A stretch of DNA of 62,834 bases, the filler included. It is 22 parts of 22 records of this genome, joined end to end, with 100 filler letters (N's around TTAATTAATTAA, not from the genome) between each part and the next. Parts side by side here need not be neighbours in the genome. Positions count along the whole stretch, not along the records: positions 60,022 to 62,834 come from SRR16133337_59896; 21 more parts are not named here. One strand, written 5' to 3'. A model generated the notes under the pieces. It was not told the DNA's origin, made no database searches, and saw only the letters and a list, made by a program, of their open reading frames with translations. A program made the position numbers and the translations under genes. Each line of letters begins with the position of its first letter. Position 1 is the first letter of the stretch. Shown one piece after another: positions 59,922 to 62,834 of this stretch.

Positions 59922-62834
59922 NNNNNNNNNNNNNNNNNNNNNNNNNNNNNNNNNNNNNNNNNNNNTTAATTAATTAANNNNNNNNNNNNNNNNNNNNNNN
60001 NNNNNNNNNNNNNNNNNNNNNTTTTCAAAGTTTGGTGTTTGAAAATTAAATGAGCAGCAAGTTGTTAAGAAGTCAAACAAACATGAAAGGCGTGTGGGCC
60101 CTTACATCACTACTGGAGCTTGTTATGTAGGCAATAAAAGTTTTTGGAGATTGGAAAAATTTTGTTTTTTGGATTTAGGTGTACTGTAATGCCTTTCCAG
60201 AAGTGCTATATGTTTTATAACAAACCCAGCCTTTGCAATACAATTTTGAAGTAAAAATGACACCAAAAAAATATTTTCGTTTATTTTTATGTCAAATTTG
60301 GGTAAAATATACAATTTGTTCACTTAATATCCAATAATATAAACATGCAAAACATGGTGTTAGGTAAGACACCCAAACAAAAACTTTCATTTTTATGACA
60401 AATTAGGGTGTATAGATATTTTATTAATTTTTCGAAATCACATAACAATTGAAGAAAATAGAATATTGAAAGACGCGACGTGATGCAGTGAATTGGAGAA
60501 CAAGTACTTTTCGGATGGACTCGCAAAATATATCCAGCTAGTGTGGCGTCTTATTTTACCCTGTGTTCAAATTGCAAGACACGTGGGGGTTATCAAAACT
60601 TTAATTTGCGGAGGCAATGTGACTTTACATTGTAGATACCTGTAAACGTTATATATCTTTATTTTATTTCCGAAATTTGTCTGTTTCTTTTTATGCACTT
60701 TGCAGGGGGAATAATCATATATACTCCAACAATAAAAAAACATAACCCTGCAACGTAAAATGTTGTCTAATTCCATGGTACTGAATGTTTTTGCCCACGT
60801 TCTTTCGAAAAATATTTTTTGGTGGCATGATTCGATGAAGTGAAGCGGAATGGCATCTGTGAATAAACCAAATGTAATACATGTGAAAGTTATGTTCTGG
60901 TGACGCCATTTCAAACTTTTATTGATTGGACAAAACCTCCACGTAATATTTTGTGCGTTTCTACAAAAATGTGGTGACGAATTTAGGAACTTGTTTTTTA
61001 CAGAATGTATTCCATTTAAATTGATTGTAAGAGCTCAAAATATTATGAGTTCAATAACAAATGTTTTTGTTTGTCAACCATTTTGAATTGGGCATAAATA
61101 CATTGAAAGTGATGAGGCACCTGAAGGTATAATCCACAAAATTGAAATATATATATATTCGCTTTTGTAATACATTGATGTTTTGTATATTAATTTCAGA
61201 GGTTTAATATTCAATGCTTTCCAAGTCAGCGGATTGGCATCTCTTTTGACTTGTATAATTTCGAGTATAATGACACGTGAAATTGCAACTTTTATTGCAA
61301 CAATTTTGGCTATTCTTGGAATTCGATTTGTATTTAAACGCGTATATTCAAGATAAACTATGTACATGTGTCTTTTGAATCTGGACTGCATACAACGAGG
61401 TATCGTACTGCACACGCACAGCTGTAAACATGGTAAGTATAGTTCTTGATCCTTGAAAGATTAATAAGGATAATAAAAAACAAAAAGTAAAATTTGGCGT
61501 TCTACAACGGTACGATAGTTTTTGTGTTCGCGAAATATCTAACCTCATTCAATGGACTTTAGTGCCAAAAGTCAGAGAAAGTGGTTGTGTATGACAATAA
61601 TGTAGGTTTGCAATATTCTTTGATACTTCATAAATTGAGTTTTTCAAAAAAACATTATTTGGTGAGGATGGAAATTGCCCTACAATTATATATTTTAAAT
61701 GTATCAATGCGATATTGGTTTTATACGATAACTTATCAAATATGGATTTTGTCTTGTCTCATGTGATCACATATATTTGAAAAATCTAATTATGATTTTG
61801 TGCGTCAATTCCTTCTGTAAAATCTAATTATGATTTTGAGTTTTTCACAATCGCGTCTTTTAGTACTCTAAATATGAGCAACTAAAAAACACACGTGACG
61901 TTTTGAAGTAATTCTGACCATTTTTTAAAGAGTAATTGAATTATCAGTGGAAACTTCAATTTAAATGCAGTTCATTTTTTTATTACATTCAATGAATTTG
62001 CCTGTCGGGGCATGTGAAAGTTCCATTTTTTGCAATTTTCTACCCAAAAAAGAATTTGTGACCAAAGAAAATCTTTTGTAAAAAATATAGAATTTTATGA
62101 CGGAATTTCAAAATGAGCCACCCAAAGGGCTTACACGCGCCAGCCAAAAAGGTAGTTTTTGTTATAATCCATGATATGTGAATCTAATCGATTTCGTTGA
62201 TTTACTGCAGTTTTAGAACATACGGTGACAAAATATGATGATTTTTATTAATTTTTTAACAAATTAATCAGCAATAACACATTTTGGATATTACCACTCC
62301 TGATTTTGAATTTGTCAGTGGTGCAGGTTAAGATTATAATAATATCAATTGAGAATATGTTCCTTCCTGCAATACTTTAGTGTACATCGTTTTTCTAGTT
62401 ATGAAATCTGCGCAAATAAAACTCGTTTGAACTCTTTCAGAAAGTAAACGCCATGTAGGGAAGGGTAATGTATTTTATTTTTGGTAATCGCTGTACATCA
62501 ATAATTGTTGGGCACTGCCCATTAAAGGATGGTGAAAAAATCATAGATTGAATACTTCAATCAGAGATAAGGATGGCGATAATTTATAGATTGTATGTCG
62601 TTGCATCGTAGAGATAATCGGTGTCGTAATTCCTATGTTTTTGATCCGACACGTTTACAAATACCACAAAATGGTTTGGGACACGGAACGTCATTCTCGA
62701 GTTTAGGGCAGTAAAATGTATCATGGGCTGAATCATACGACAGGGGGGGGGAAGAAAGTGCGATGCACAAAGAACAACATCGTAAAATGTGTGGCGTATT
62801 GAAAATGAGCAATAAGTTCGCTTGGGGATTCACG

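Noticed and set aside
61782-61838. Short direct duplications (AAAATCTAATTATGATTTTG twice; similar pairs at about 15947-15983 and 41521-41556)
   Set aside because: Only two copies each, typical slippage duplications; no spacer array.

Overview
This window is not a contiguous locus. It is 22 short contigs (about 2-4.5 kb each) joined by 21 identical 100-nt artificial linkers (N44-TTAATTAATTAA-N44, stops in all six frames), so adjacency across linkers carries no information. Four contigs look bacterial, probably Flavobacteriaceae: a type II R-M locus with a DUF6471-like gene and an attC-like site; type I HsdR; TIGR01777 + basic repeat protein + DinB; and wzm-lipA-nusB. The rest are AT-rich eukaryotic DNA with GT-AG introns. 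Manual splicing recovers fragments of a laccase-type multicopper oxidase, an LSD1/amine-oxidase, a discoidin+WSC protein, a GGxI beta-helix protein and others that the ORF track misses. Three eukaryotic mobile elements are present: a Penelope-like RT/GIY-YIG element, a DIRS-type tyrosine-recombinase retrotransposon with three open ORFs, and an intron-containing Helitron-like Rep/PIF1 gene. The most unusual observations are (1) five frame-symmetric (phase 2-2) exons at 39005-42812, each starting with a conserved [LI]FRAALHGRAL[ED] motif and followed by a different low-complexity tail, and (2) a canonical-looking intron in the DIRS element whose removal puts pol in frame with gag behind a single TGA. 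All family calls are from motif recognition by eye; no searches were run.
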